Assembly: GCA_964433525.1 (NCBI GenBank)
Contig: CAYSQT010000005.1
Coordinates: 20,103-84,102 of the forward strand
DNA length: 64,000 nucleotides
Source: an uncultured Pseudomonadota bacterium
GTDB taxonomy: Bacteria > Babelota > Babeliae > Babelales > Vermiphilaceae
Direction: 5' to 3'
The notes under the pieces are model-generated. The model did no database searches. It was not told the origin of the DNA and saw nothing but the letters and a program-made list of their open reading frames with translations. Positions 25,522 through 34,163 of this stretch are shown in pieces (position 1 is the stretch's first letter; every line of letters starts with the position of its first letter). The position numbers were made by a program, and so were the translations under genes.

Positions 25522-26820
25522 ATGAATATATCAGTAGTCACCGTATTTAAGCAGTTATATGAACCATTCATTCATACAAGTCTTGTTGAAAGAGCTCAAG
25601 AAAGAGGGATTGTGCAAATAAACGTGCAATCTCTCTTTGATTATGTAAAACCAAAAGAGCGTATTGACGGCCCAACGTTTGGTCCTGGCGCGGGAATGTT
25701 AATCAAGCCAGAAGTGGTACAAAAAGCAGTAGAAGACAAAGAGGCTGCGCATGGCAAAGCGTTTAAGATCTTTTTTTCACCGCGAGGGCAAAAAATTGAT
25801 CAACATCTGTTTTCTGTTATTGCCAAAAAAATGCAAGAAACAAAGCATGTTATGCTTCTTCCCGCTCGCTACGAGGGCATGGATGTTCGCGTAGAAGATG
25901 AATATGCAGACATGATTGTGTCTGTTGGTGATTGTGTTCTTATGGGTGGCGATATTCCTGCGATGATGCTCATTGAAGGCGTGCTCCGTTTATTACCTAA
26001 TGTTGTGGGTAAAGAAGAATCTGTTCAGCGTGATTCTTTTAGTGGCCCATTTGTGGATTTTCCAGCATATACTGAGCCTGTCGTATGGAAAGAAAGAAAA
26101 GTGCCAGATGTGATTCGTTCTGGTAATCATGGTGCAATTGAAAAATGGCGTTATGAAAAAGCCGTGGAACAATCAGTCCGTGAACATTTTGCATGGGTGA
26201 GGTCTCATGCATTGACTGAAGCCGATAAGGTGGCGGTGAGCGCAGTTATTCCGTCTCATTATGTTGCGCTTATGCATGGTGAAGTTCTTGTTGGTGATGA
26301 GCGGAAAGAAGGGTGTACATCGGTCACTTCCATTGATATTCATGATATTGCACGTTCTTCAAAAACATATGGAATAAAAAATTATTTTATTGTAACACCA
26401 TTGTTAGATCAACAGAAAATTGTTCAAAAGATTCTTGATTTTTGGAAAAAAGGCATAGGCTTTGAATATAATAGGTCTCGGTATGATGCAATTTTTTCAG
26501 TAGAACTACATGATACGCTTGATGCGGTTATTGCATACATACAAGCAAAAGAAGGGGTGAGGCCTCTTATTGTTGCAACATCTGCTCGGCTGACAGATGC
26601 GCAGGAAATAATAACGTTTAATGATCAAAAAAAAGTATGGGCAGCACAAAGACCGGTGCTTATGTTATTTGGTACAGGCCAGGGATTAGCGCCATCGGTA
26701 ATTGCTCGATGTGACTTCTTATTATTACCAGTGCAAGGGTTTTCTACGTTTAACCATTTGTCAGTTCGCTCCGCTGCGGCAATTGTTCTTGATAGATGGC
26801 TTGGGTTGCAACCCCAATAA
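25522..26820 (+). CDS. trmD: tRNA (guanine37-N1)-methyltransferase TrmD fused to a C-terminal SPOUT-like domain (COG4752/Methyltrn_RNA_4-like)
   Basis: 432 aa. Residues 1-~235 carry the TrmD motifs (ARYEGMD, SVGDCVLMGGDIPAMMLIEG, SGNHGAIEKWR). Residues ~245-432 carry SIDIHDIARSSKTYGIKNYFIVTP...LMLFGTGQGL...FNHLSVRSAAAIVLDRWLG. Confidence 0.85.
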   Translation: MNISVVTVFKQLYEPFIHTSLVERAQERGIVQINVQSLFDYVKPKERIDGPTFGPGAGMLIKPEVVQKAVEDKEAAHGKAFKIFFSPRGQKIDQHLFSVIAKKMQETKHVMLLPARYEGMDVRVEDEYADMIVSVGDCVLMGGDIPAMMLIEGVLRLLPNVVGKEESVQRDSFSGPFVDFPAYTEPVVWKERKVPDVIRSGNHGAIEKWRYEKAVEQSVREHFAWVRSHALTEADKVAVSAVIPSHYVALMHGEVLVGDERKEGCTSVTSIDIHDIARSSKTYGIKNYFIVTPLLDQQKIVQKILDFWKKGIGFEYNRSRYDAIFSVELHDTLDAVIAYIQAKEGVRPLIVATSARLTDAQEIITFNDQKKVWAAQRPVLMLFGTGQGLAPSVIARCDFLLLPVQGFSTFNHLSVRSAAAIVLDRWLGLQPQ

Positions 26821-26902
26821 TGACGAGAAACATTGGCAGAAAACAGTTTTTAGGCTATAGTTAAAAATATCTTATATTGACGAAGTTCAAAGAGGGATCC
26901 TC

Positions 26903-27352
26903 ATGAAAGCAACAGTATTTACTAAAGAAACAATTAGAGAGATTGGCGTACAAAACCAACATTTTCCATTATTTGGTATTGGCGACACGGTCGTTGTTTC
27001 TCAATTAATTAAAGAAGAAGCTATTAAAGAAGCAGGAAAAAAAGCATCTAAAGAAGCACCAAAAGATCGTATTCAAACGTTTGAAGGCGATGTTATTGGT
27101 ATTCACAAAAATGGTGCATCCAGCACTTTTACGGTACGTAAAATCGGAGCCCATTCAGTTGCGGTAGAACGTATTTTTCCTTTTTCATCATCATTAATTA
27201 AAGATATTGCAGTTAAAGCAAAAGGTGATGTTCGCCGAGCTAAGCTCTATTATTTGCGTAATAAAAAAGGTAAAGCTGCTCAGGTTAAAAAAATTGTTGA
27301 AACTAAAGCCTCTGCTGCGAAAAAAGAATTGGCTAACGCACAAAAAGAATAG
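26903..27352 (+). CDS. rplS: 50S ribosomal protein L19
   Basis: 149 aa. FGIGDTVVV..., RIQTFEGDVIG, FTVRKI...VERIFP and RRAKLYYLR. It has a K/A-rich insert and tail. Confidence 0.92.
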   Translation: MKATVFTKETIREIGVQNQHFPLFGIGDTVVVSQLIKEEAIKEAGKKASKEAPKDRIQTFEGDVIGIHKNGASSTFTVRKIGAHSVAVERIFPFSSSLIKDIAVKAKGDVRRAKLYYLRNKKGKAAQVKKIVETKASAAKKELANAQKE

Positions 27353-27355
27353 ATT

Positions 27356-27817
27356 ATGTGGCACAAAGCAACGTATTGTTGTGTAGTGGCTTTATCTGTT
27401 TTATTATTACTACCCGCATGCAAAAAAGGCAAAATTGTTGCAGAGCGTGTTGTTGTTGATAAGCAAGAGCTTGATATTCAGCGTCAGGTGATACTTGACA
27501 ATATTGTGCAGCAAGAGGCTATGCTTGTTAACATTCCCATTCCTTTATATGATGAGCGAATTTTGCCACAAGCATTGGATTTTTTAGAATCAGAAACATC
27601 TGTTTTAGGTTATTCTAGTTCATTGATAGTGCAGCAGTTGATTGATTTTTTTATGAGTCAAATGGAGCTATATGGCTGGAAGCATCTTGTTTCATTTGAA
27701 AGTAACGAAACAATTCTTATTTTTGAAAATCCTTATTCATATGCGTGCATATCTCTCAAACATACTGCAGAACAAAAAACTTTGATTTTTATTTATACAA
27801 AGCGAGCGGACTTGTAA
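27356..27817 (+). CDS. Lipoprotein, unknown function
   Basis: 153 aa. Lipobox LLLLPAC at the end of the signal peptide. Confidence 0.6.
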   Translation: MWHKATYCCVVALSVLLLLPACKKGKIVAERVVVDKQELDIQRQVILDNIVQQEAMLVNIPIPLYDERILPQALDFLESETSVLGYSSSLIVQQLIDFFMSQMELYGWKHLVSFESNETILIFENPYSYACISLKHTAEQKTLIFIYTKRADL

Positions 27818-27828
27818 AAAGTCCGCTC
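27804..27828. terminator. Hairpin spanning the stop codon of 27356-27817, between convergent genes
   Basis: GAGCGGACTT (27804-27813) pairs with AAGTCCGCTC (27819-27828). The T-tract is weak. Confidence 0.45.
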
Positions 27829-27854
27829 ATTATAAGTGAGTTGGGATGAGTGAT

Positions 27855-28223
27855 TTATCGAGTTCTGCGTTGATTTAGTTGCCTCATTAACTCATAATTT
27901 TCTCTGCGAAGCTCATCATTTTCTTGAACCAGTTCATCTATTTGTTGCTGCAAATCTCTGCGGCTTGCATTTCTGCTGTTATATCGGTAATTTCTAGTAT
28001 CTCTATTGTCTCTGTAATAATAATCTCTATCTCTATTGCGTGCAGAAGAATTTATTCCGCCTATGACACCACCTACTGCCATACCACCTAATATAGCGCT
28101 GCCTTTTCCTCTTCCTGCTGCAGCGCCAATTAATGCTCCTGTTGCCATGCCGCTACCTGGGTCATCAAGAAATGATTGCGCATTTGAAGATATAATAAGA
28201 ATGCTTAAAGCTATTTTTTTCAT
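27855..28223 (-). CDS. Secreted glycine-zipper protein with an R/D/N/Y-rich tail and coiled coil
   Basis: 122 aa. Has a signal peptide, GMATGALIGAAAGRGKGSAILGGMAVGGVIGGI (glycine zipper), then RNRDRDYYYRDNRDTRNYRYNSRN. Confidence 0.65.
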   Translation of the reverse strand: MKKIALSILIISSNAQSFLDDPGSGMATGALIGAAAGRGKGSAILGGMAVGGVIGGINSSARNRDRDYYYRDNRDTRNYRYNSRNASRRDLQQQIDELVQENDELRRENYELMRQLNQRRTR

Positions 28224-28256
28224 GACTCAAGCCTCTTTTTTTTTTACTTTTTAACT

Positions 28257-28607
28257 TTAGTCTCGTCTATTTGTACGACGATCTTCTTTTGCTCTACGTC
28301 GTTCTTCGCGTCTTTCTTCACGTCGTTCTCTGCCAGCGCCAAAAATACCACCAACAAATCTTCCTGTTCCTTCAACAGCACCTCCGACAACATCTCCTGC
28401 TCCTTCAACAGTGCCTCCAACAACTTCGCCTGTTCCTCTTACGGTGCCGCCAACAACATCTCCTGTGCCTTCAACTGTTCTTCCAACAACGCCAGGTTCG
28501 TAGTATCTATCGTCATAATATCTGTCATCATAATACCGAGCAGTAGTTAATGTGACTATTGCGAGTGCTGCAAGAGCAATATATTTATTCTTCATAAGAT
28601 TCTTCAT
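28257..28607 (-). CDS. Secreted low-complexity repeat protein
   Basis: Start preferred at MKNLMKNKYIALAALAIV..., preceded by GGAG with a 7-nt spacer. Contains YYDDRYYDDRYY, four GT(V/G)xG(T/A)GxVVGG units and an RERREERREERRR tail. Confidence 0.55.
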   Translation of the reverse strand: MKNLMKNKYIALAALAIVTLTTARYYDDRYYDDRYYEPGVVGRTVEGTGDVVGGTVRGTGEVVGGTVEGAGDVVGGAVEGTGRFVGGIFGAGRERREERREERRRAKEDRRTNRRD

Positions 28608-28860
28608 TCGATTTCTCCTTTTTTTCTTTTTCGCTTTTTTCTTTTTTCTTTTTTTGTTGTTTTTTTCTTTCTTGTCTTTCTTCGCCAAACCCAAGACTGA
28701 GGGTGTTTTCGCGTTCATTGTTGTTGTTTTCATCATTTTTTTGACCAGTCGTCGATGATGATGAATCTGATTTGAGAGTTTGTAGAGCTGCAGCGCCTAT
28801 GAGCATTGAAAGGGAGAGGCAGATGGTTACCCAAAAAACAATTTTTTTATTATATACCAC
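28585..28860 (-). CDS. Small secreted K/E-rich low-complexity protein
   Basis: 91 aa. A signal/TM segment (IVFWVTICLSLSMLIGAAA) is followed by S/N-rich and KKEK-rich sequence. Its 3' end overlaps the next gene's start by 23 nt. Confidence 0.45.
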   Translation of the reverse strand: MVYNKKIVFWVTICLSLSMLIGAAALQTLKSDSSSSTTGQKNDENNNNERENTLSLGFGEERQERKKQQKKKKEKSEKEKKEKSNEESYEE

Positions 28861-28972
28861 GTCAATCCTTTTTTTCTCATTGTATTTTTATTGATGTAAA
28901 TCCTTACATATGTATGATGCATTAACTATATAACATTTTACAATGAGAAAATATTGATAAACAAGGGTTTAT

Positions 28973-30373
28973 TTAATTAATAAGCAGAGGAGCGAGTAGG
29001 TGCATTTTTCCTGCACCCAAAAGTAAAATAAGATCGTCCAGGGAGGCATATTGCTTAATACGCGCAATGAGATGAGCAAAATCATTATCAAGTTTTATAT
29101 AATCAACTGAAAGTTGATTATTGATTAATTGTAGCTCGTGGACGAGTTTTTCACTGGTAATACCATCGATGGGGGCCTCTCCCGCTGAATAAATATCGGT
29201 AATAATAAGTTTATCAATAGTTGAATTATTGAGAATAATTAAAAAATCGTTCCAAAGTTCTTTTGTTCTGGTATATCGATGAGGCTGAAATACCACAATC
29301 AGTTTGTTTTTTGTTCGTTTACGTGCAACTGAAATGACGCATTCAATTTCTTTGGGGTGATGGCCATAATCATCAAAAACGTCAGCACCATTGCATGTGC
29401 CATGAAACGAAAATCGTCTATCAACGCCACTAAATGACATGAGTGCGTTGGCAATGGCATCAAAAGGGACTTTTATTTCAAGCGAGGCTGTTATTGCTCC
29501 AAGCGCATTATATATATTATGAAGTCCCGGAATAGGCAATGTTATGATGCCAAGTGGAGATGTATGATTTTTTTGCCACACGCTGAATGTTGAATATTCT
29601 TTAAAAAGGTTTATATCTCGTGCATAAATGTCTGCCTCATGAGTGATGCCGTATGTTTGTGCATCAACAAGAAGATTATTAATGAGAGCGCGTGTATGTT
29701 CATCATCAATGCATACAATTGTTTTGCCATGCGCAGGGATGTTTTTGATGAATTGTGCAAATGTTTGTTTTATATCATCAAGATCTTTGTATGTTTCAAG
29801 ATGTTCTATGTCAATATTAGTGATAACATTCATTGTTGGATTAAGTTGCAAAAAAGAACGATCGCTTTCATCTGCTTCTATGACAAAAAAATCACTAAAA
29901 CCTAAGTGAGCATTTGAACTAATATTTTTTAATATACCGCCAATGACAATGGTGGGGTCATAATGAGCTTCAAGAAGAATATGGGCAATTAAGGCGCTTG
30001 TTGTAGTCTTGCCGTGTGAGCCTGCTACCGCAATGCCATATTTTGTTTTCATGAGTTCCGCAAGCATTTGTGCTCGCGTTATCGTGGTGATATTGCATTC
30101 TCTTGCTTGTTTTATTTCTGAAGAAATTGAGGTAATTGTATGCTCATACATGGGAATGTACACAAGCGTATCAATTGAGTTATCATTGCAATGTGCAGTA
30201 TTGTTTCCTTCATAAACAGCACAACCAATGGTGCGCAATGGTTGAATGGTGTTTTGCGAGAGGTCTGGATCACATCCGGAAACAGTGTAGCCAGTTTTTT
30301 TCAGAATAGTTGCAATGGCGCTCATACCAATGCCGCCGATGCCGACAAAATGAAAGTGTTTGTTTTTCTGCAT
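28973..30373 (-). CDS. murC: UDP-N-acetylmuramate--L-alanine ligase
   Basis: 466 aa. HFVGIGGIGMSAIA, GSHGKTTT, and the Mur ligase middle and C-terminal domains. Confidence 0.92.
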   Translation of the reverse strand: MQKNKHFHFVGIGGIGMSAIATILKKTGYTVSGCDPDLSQNTIQPLRTIGCAVYEGNNTAHCNDNSIDTLVYIPMYEHTITSISSEIKQARECNITTITRAQMLAELMKTKYGIAVAGSHGKTTTSALIAHILLEAHYDPTIVIGGILKNISSNAHLGFSDFFVIEADESDRSFLQLNPTMNVITNIDIEHLETYKDLDDIKQTFAQFIKNIPAHGKTIVCIDDEHTRALINNLLVDAQTYGITHEADIYARDINLFKEYSTFSVWQKNHTSPLGIITLPIPGLHNIYNALGAITASLEIKVPFDAIANALMSFSGVDRRFSFHGTCNGADVFDDYGHHPKEIECVISVARKRTKNKLIVVFQPHRYTRTKELWNDFLIILNNSTIDKLIITDIYSAGEAPIDGITSEKLVHELQLINNQLSVDYIKLDNDFAHLIARIKQYASLDDLILLLGAGKMHLLAPLLIN

Positions 30374-30465
30374 AAAAATATAACTTGTGTATGTAATGAT
30401 TATCCAAGATACCTTAATTTAAGATAACAAACAATAATGATTGTAACAAAAATCATCTTTTTCAT

Positions 30466-32025
30466 TTGTATAAAATGTGTTATCATTCAATAAATTTTAG
30501 ATATCAAAAGCATACAAATAGGATTGTTTATGTCTCAAAAAATGTTATGCGCGGTAATATGTTTTTTTTTGTTTCTGTTTGTTGCGCCATGGACCAAGCT
30601 ATTGCTCCATTGACCGGCGAACAAGATTATAAATGTTATTGGGTTGCGCGCTATGTGCACAAATGTTTCTCTAAATTAAATTATGACGAAATCAACAAAT
30701 TACATCAATTTTCTATACAGTGTTCTGAGTTATCACAAAAAGTAAAGGAATATCGCGACAATATGCACAATAGCGACAAGCAAGTAGAGCGATTTTTGAA
30801 CAGTTTTTTGGATCAAACTATTGATAAGGCCTATGACCGTTATTATAACTTATTGCTTGGTGCGCAATATCAAATAGCGTTTTGCCTAAAAAAAACCCCC
30901 GTGGGTCAATTGTTGAATGATGGAGTATGCATTATCAGCAAAGAAACTATGAACAATATGCTTGTTGATAGTTGTTTTGGAAAGGGAATAGAAGTAGAGG
31001 GACGTATAAAAGGAAGAGAGAATGTTCCATTTGATCCGGAACTTTTTATGTTAAAAGGAAGAAGATCTCAAAAGACGATGGACTCTTCTGAATCAAAAAA
31101 TAGCATTGTGGCTTTTAATCAACTATTGCACGCTTCGCCAATTGGTGCATTGTTGGACATCATGAATCAGAAGCGTTTTGAGTTAAAATTCAAAAAACCT
31201 CATTACTATGCAGACGATCAAAAAGTAACAATTACTCCTTCTGTTCATTTTATTGCCCAAATACGCGCAGATATTTTCCCTTTGTTGCAAAAGATATGTG
31301 AAGGATCTAAGCCGCTTGAAAATGACATTGCACCTGATTATAGATTGTCAGCGGTAGAAATTGAAAAGTTAAGAAATTTTCATGCTAACGTTAGTCATTT
31401 ACCAGAATGGCAGACATTACAAGAAGCTTTAATTGGTGTACAATTTGCAAAACCAACATTTTTGCAACGAGCTAAGGATCGAATGTTACTCGCTATCCCT
31501 CTTATATTGGCTGAAGCAGTTATTCCCGAATTGACCTACCGTTTTACATCAGGAAATATGATTCCACTATATATTATGGGTAAAACAACCGGTACATTAG
31601 GATTATTGTTATGCGGTCTCATAAATAGTTGTGCCGTGGGAAACAGGCTATTTCCTTTTCTTGATAAATACAATTCTGACGTAGATCAATTACAAAATAT
31701 TTTTGGTGAAATCGGAGTGAGAAAAGTTGTACAGCCAACTTTTTTCTTTTGGAATAGTATGTTTCATTATTGCGCTGCAGCAATGGGGATATATTGTTTG
31801 AGTGTTGGTGGATTATTGCCTGTTATTGGTATGACAATGTATGGTATGCGTTTACTTCTTTTACTACATGGTATTTTGAGCACAAAGCAACATAATCGAG
31901 ACTCCGGTTTTTTTGGTAGAATAGCAGTAGCGCATCCTGGATTACGCAGAAATAAGTATGACAGAAGATTTACTTTAAAAGATTTGGTTGATCCACATAT
32001 TTATAAAACATCCCGTGATAGATAA
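30466..32025 (+). CDS. Hypothetical membrane-associated protein (start uncertain)
   Basis: 519-aa ORF. No recognisable domain. It has 3-4 TM segments in its C-terminal third. The possible starts and a T9 tract at 30562-30570 are discussed in findings. Confidence 0.5.
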   Translation: MYKMCYHSINFRYQKHTNRIVYVSKNVMRGNMFFFVSVCCAMDQAIAPLTGEQDYKCYWVARYVHKCFSKLNYDEINKLHQFSIQCSELSQKVKEYRDNMHNSDKQVERFLNSFLDQTIDKAYDRYYNLLLGAQYQIAFCLKKTPVGQLLNDGVCIISKETMNNMLVDSCFGKGIEVEGRIKGRENVPFDPELFMLKGRRSQKTMDSSESKNSIVAFNQLLHASPIGALLDIMNQKRFELKFKKPHYYADDQKVTITPSVHFIAQIRADIFPLLQKICEGSKPLENDIAPDYRLSAVEIEKLRNFHANVSHLPEWQTLQEALIGVQFAKPTFLQRAKDRMLLAIPLILAEAVIPELTYRFTSGNMIPLYIMGKTTGTLGLLLCGLINSCAVGNRLFPFLDKYNSDVDQLQNIFGEIGVRKVVQPTFFFWNSMFHYCAAAMGIYCLSVGGLLPVIGMTMYGMRLLLLLHGILSTKQHNRDSGFFGRIAVAHPGLRRNKYDRRFTLKDLVDPHIYKTSRDR

Positions 32026-32033
32026 TAGATTTG

Positions 32034-32064
32034 ATGCGCTCGTTAGAACGAGCGCATTTTATTT
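32034..32064. terminator. Bidirectional rho-independent terminator
   Basis: ATGCGCTCG pairs with CGAGCGCAT, followed by TTTTATTT. It sits between convergent genes. Confidence 0.8.
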
Positions 32065-32458
32065 ACAGCATTTCGCGCAGTTTACGCAATTTATTTTTAA
32101 GATCAACAATTTGCTGTGATAGATGTTCAATTTTTTCAGTTTCAGCAGCTTTGGTTAATGTTTTTTCTGTGTGATCTTCAATGGTTGTTTTTTGTGATGC
32201 GATAATTGATTCGCTTTTGGTTGCATATTTTTCTTTGAGTCTTTTTTTGGCGCCAACAATAGTAAATCCTTCTTCATAAAGAAGTTTTTTGATGAGCTCA
32301 AATTTTTTAAGATCATTTTCATCATAAAAACGTTGACTGCCTTGAGAGCGTTTTGTTTTTATGCCAAATTCTTTTTCCCAAAAACGGACAACGAAACGTT
32401 CTAGTTCAAGTTTTTTTGCTAATTCTCCAATGCGGAATTTTCTTTTTTGCATTTTCAT
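32063..32458 (-). CDS. MerR-family transcriptional regulator
   Basis: 131 aa. FRIGELAKKLELERFVVRFWEKEFGI...RFYDENDL is the MerR HTH. It has a C-terminal coiled coil. Confidence 0.8.
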   Translation of the reverse strand: MKMQKRKFRIGELAKKLELERFVVRFWEKEFGIKTKRSQGSQRFYDENDLKKFELIKKLLYEEGFTIVGAKKRLKEKYATKSESIIASQKTTIEDHTEKTLTKAAETEKIEHLSQQIVDLKNKLRKLREML

Positions 32459-32621
32459 ACAATTCGCCTTTTTTTATTTTTTACAGCCTTTTATGGTCCT
32501 TAAAAAAGCCTCTAGGTGAAAAACCGTTTTTATGGTATCATCATATTACTTGATTCGTCAATTATCAGTCGTATCAATATCTTTATAATCTATTGTTTTT
32601 ACATGTCTTGCGAGGATATTC

Positions 32622-34163
32622 ATGAATATTAAAGAACTTGTTATGCCAGTCACTTTTGCGTTAGTAGCAACAATGACTATGCAATATTTCTTTTTTGGGA
32701 GTAAAGAAACTACCCCTATTGAGACAACATTCGTTGCGCCAAAAGAAAAACGTGAATACAGACCGCTCAACGTGGAAGTTGATTTTTTTGATCAAAAACG
32801 TTCTGGGCAACCTCGTGAAACTACCGTTGAAACATCGTGGGGTGTTTTACAATTTTCAACTGATGCAGCATCACTTGACAGTCTTGATATCAAACGAGAA
32901 ATTGACGGTTCTGCAAAAACAATACGTACCATTTTTCCTGTGACAGAAACAGAAAAAGAAAACCGTTGTTTCTTGGTGGGATTGAATGAGAAAACACCAT
33001 TCTATTATACTTTAGTTTCATCTGATGAAACAGAAGAAGGCTATCAATTGTTATACAAGGCTTCAAATGATGAATGCGTTCTGCAAAAACGTTTTACGGT
33101 GCACAAAAATGCGCCACAAATTGATCTACAACTTGAACTTATGCTACGCGCAGGTCAGGAAGTATCATTGACCCCACGTATTTTTTATCCAGCACCATTA
33201 ATGCCGGATATACGTGAAAATGATCTCATTTCTGGATTAGTTATTGATCAAGCAGATGTCTTTGCCAAAAAGAGAGTAGAGCAGATTAATGTTAATGCTG
33301 GCTGGTTTGAGCCTGCATTATTTGGTACCGATAGTCGTTATTTTATTCATGCAATGATAAATGATCCGAATCATTTTTGTGCGCGCACCTATTATAAATT
33401 AGAAGACAGAGATCGCCTCTTTTCCATTTTAGAAGGCCCTGAAACGCGGAGTGCGGCAACATGGAATGTATCGTTTTATATGGGACCAAAAGATTTAGCA
33501 TTGATGTCGCAATCAGATGATCGATTAGAAAAGACACTTGATTTTTCAGGATGGTTGTCTCATTTGGCTAAGATCATGCTGTATATTTTAAACTGGTTGT
33601 TTAAGTATGTTCACAATTATGGTCTTGCAATTATTTTGTTAACGCTGTTAATTCAGATATTATTGTTGCCATTTACCTTGCGTAATAATGAAGATAAATT
33701 TAAAAAACAGCAAAAAGTATATCAAGCAAAACTGGCATCTCTTGAATATCAGTACAAAGACAATCCAGAAAAACTAGCCATTGAGCGAGCCGAGTTGATA
33801 CGCAAAGAAGGGTTTCCTGGTTTTGGTTGCCTTATTCCATTTTTATTGCAAATTCCTATCTTTTTTGCGCTAAGCAGAGTGCTTTCAAGTTCATTCGAAT
33901 TATATCAGGCGCCAATGTTATGGATACCTGATTTGTCAGCAAAAGATCCGTATTATATTTTGCCTCTTATTGTGGTATTAACAATGCTTATACAAGAAGG
34001 CAAAGGAACTGATCCTCAACAGCGGATCGCAAAAATTGTCATGGCCTTTGTTTTTGGTGCTGTGACATCAAGTTTTTCTGCTGGTTTGACACTTTATTTT
34101 GCAAGTAGCCGAATTTTTACGCTTATTCAGTCAATGATTGTTAGATCATTAAGGTTGGTGTAA
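32622..34163 (+). CDS. yidC: Membrane protein insertase YidC
   Basis: 513 aa. N-terminal TM, a periplasmic domain, then the 60-kDa insertase core GLAIILLTLLIQILLLPFTLR. Confidence 0.9.
   Translation: MNIKELVMPVTFALVATMTMQYFFFGSKETTPIETTFVAPKEKREYRPLNVEVDFFDQKRSGQPRETTVETSWGVLQFSTDAASLDSLDIKREIDGSAKTIRTIFPVTETEKENRCFLVGLNEKTPFYYTLVSSDETEEGYQLLYKASNDECVLQKRFTVHKNAPQIDLQLELMLRAGQEVSLTPRIFYPAPLMPDIRENDLISGLVIDQADVFAKKRVEQINVNAGWFEPALFGTDSRYFIHAMINDPNHFCARTYYKLEDRDRLFSILEGPETRSAATWNVSFYMGPKDLALMSQSDDRLEKTLDFSGWLSHLAKIMLYILNWLFKYVHNYGLAIILLTLLIQILLLPFTLRNNEDKFKKQQKVYQAKLASLEYQYKDNPEKLAIERAELIRKEGFPGFGCLIPFLLQIPIFFALSRVLSSSFELYQAPMLWIPDLSAKDPYYILPLIVVLTMLIQEGKGTDPQQRIAKIVMAFVFGAVTSSFSAGLTLYFASSRIFTLIQSMIVRSLRLV

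Noticed and set aside
28608-28736. K-rich N-terminal extension (MMKTTTMNAK...KKKKAKKKKRRNR) of ORF 28257-28736.
   Set aside because: It is an alternative-frame reading of the AAG/AAA-rich 3' end of the upstream gene (28585-28860). A GGAG RBS and a proper signal peptide start at the internal Met (28607).
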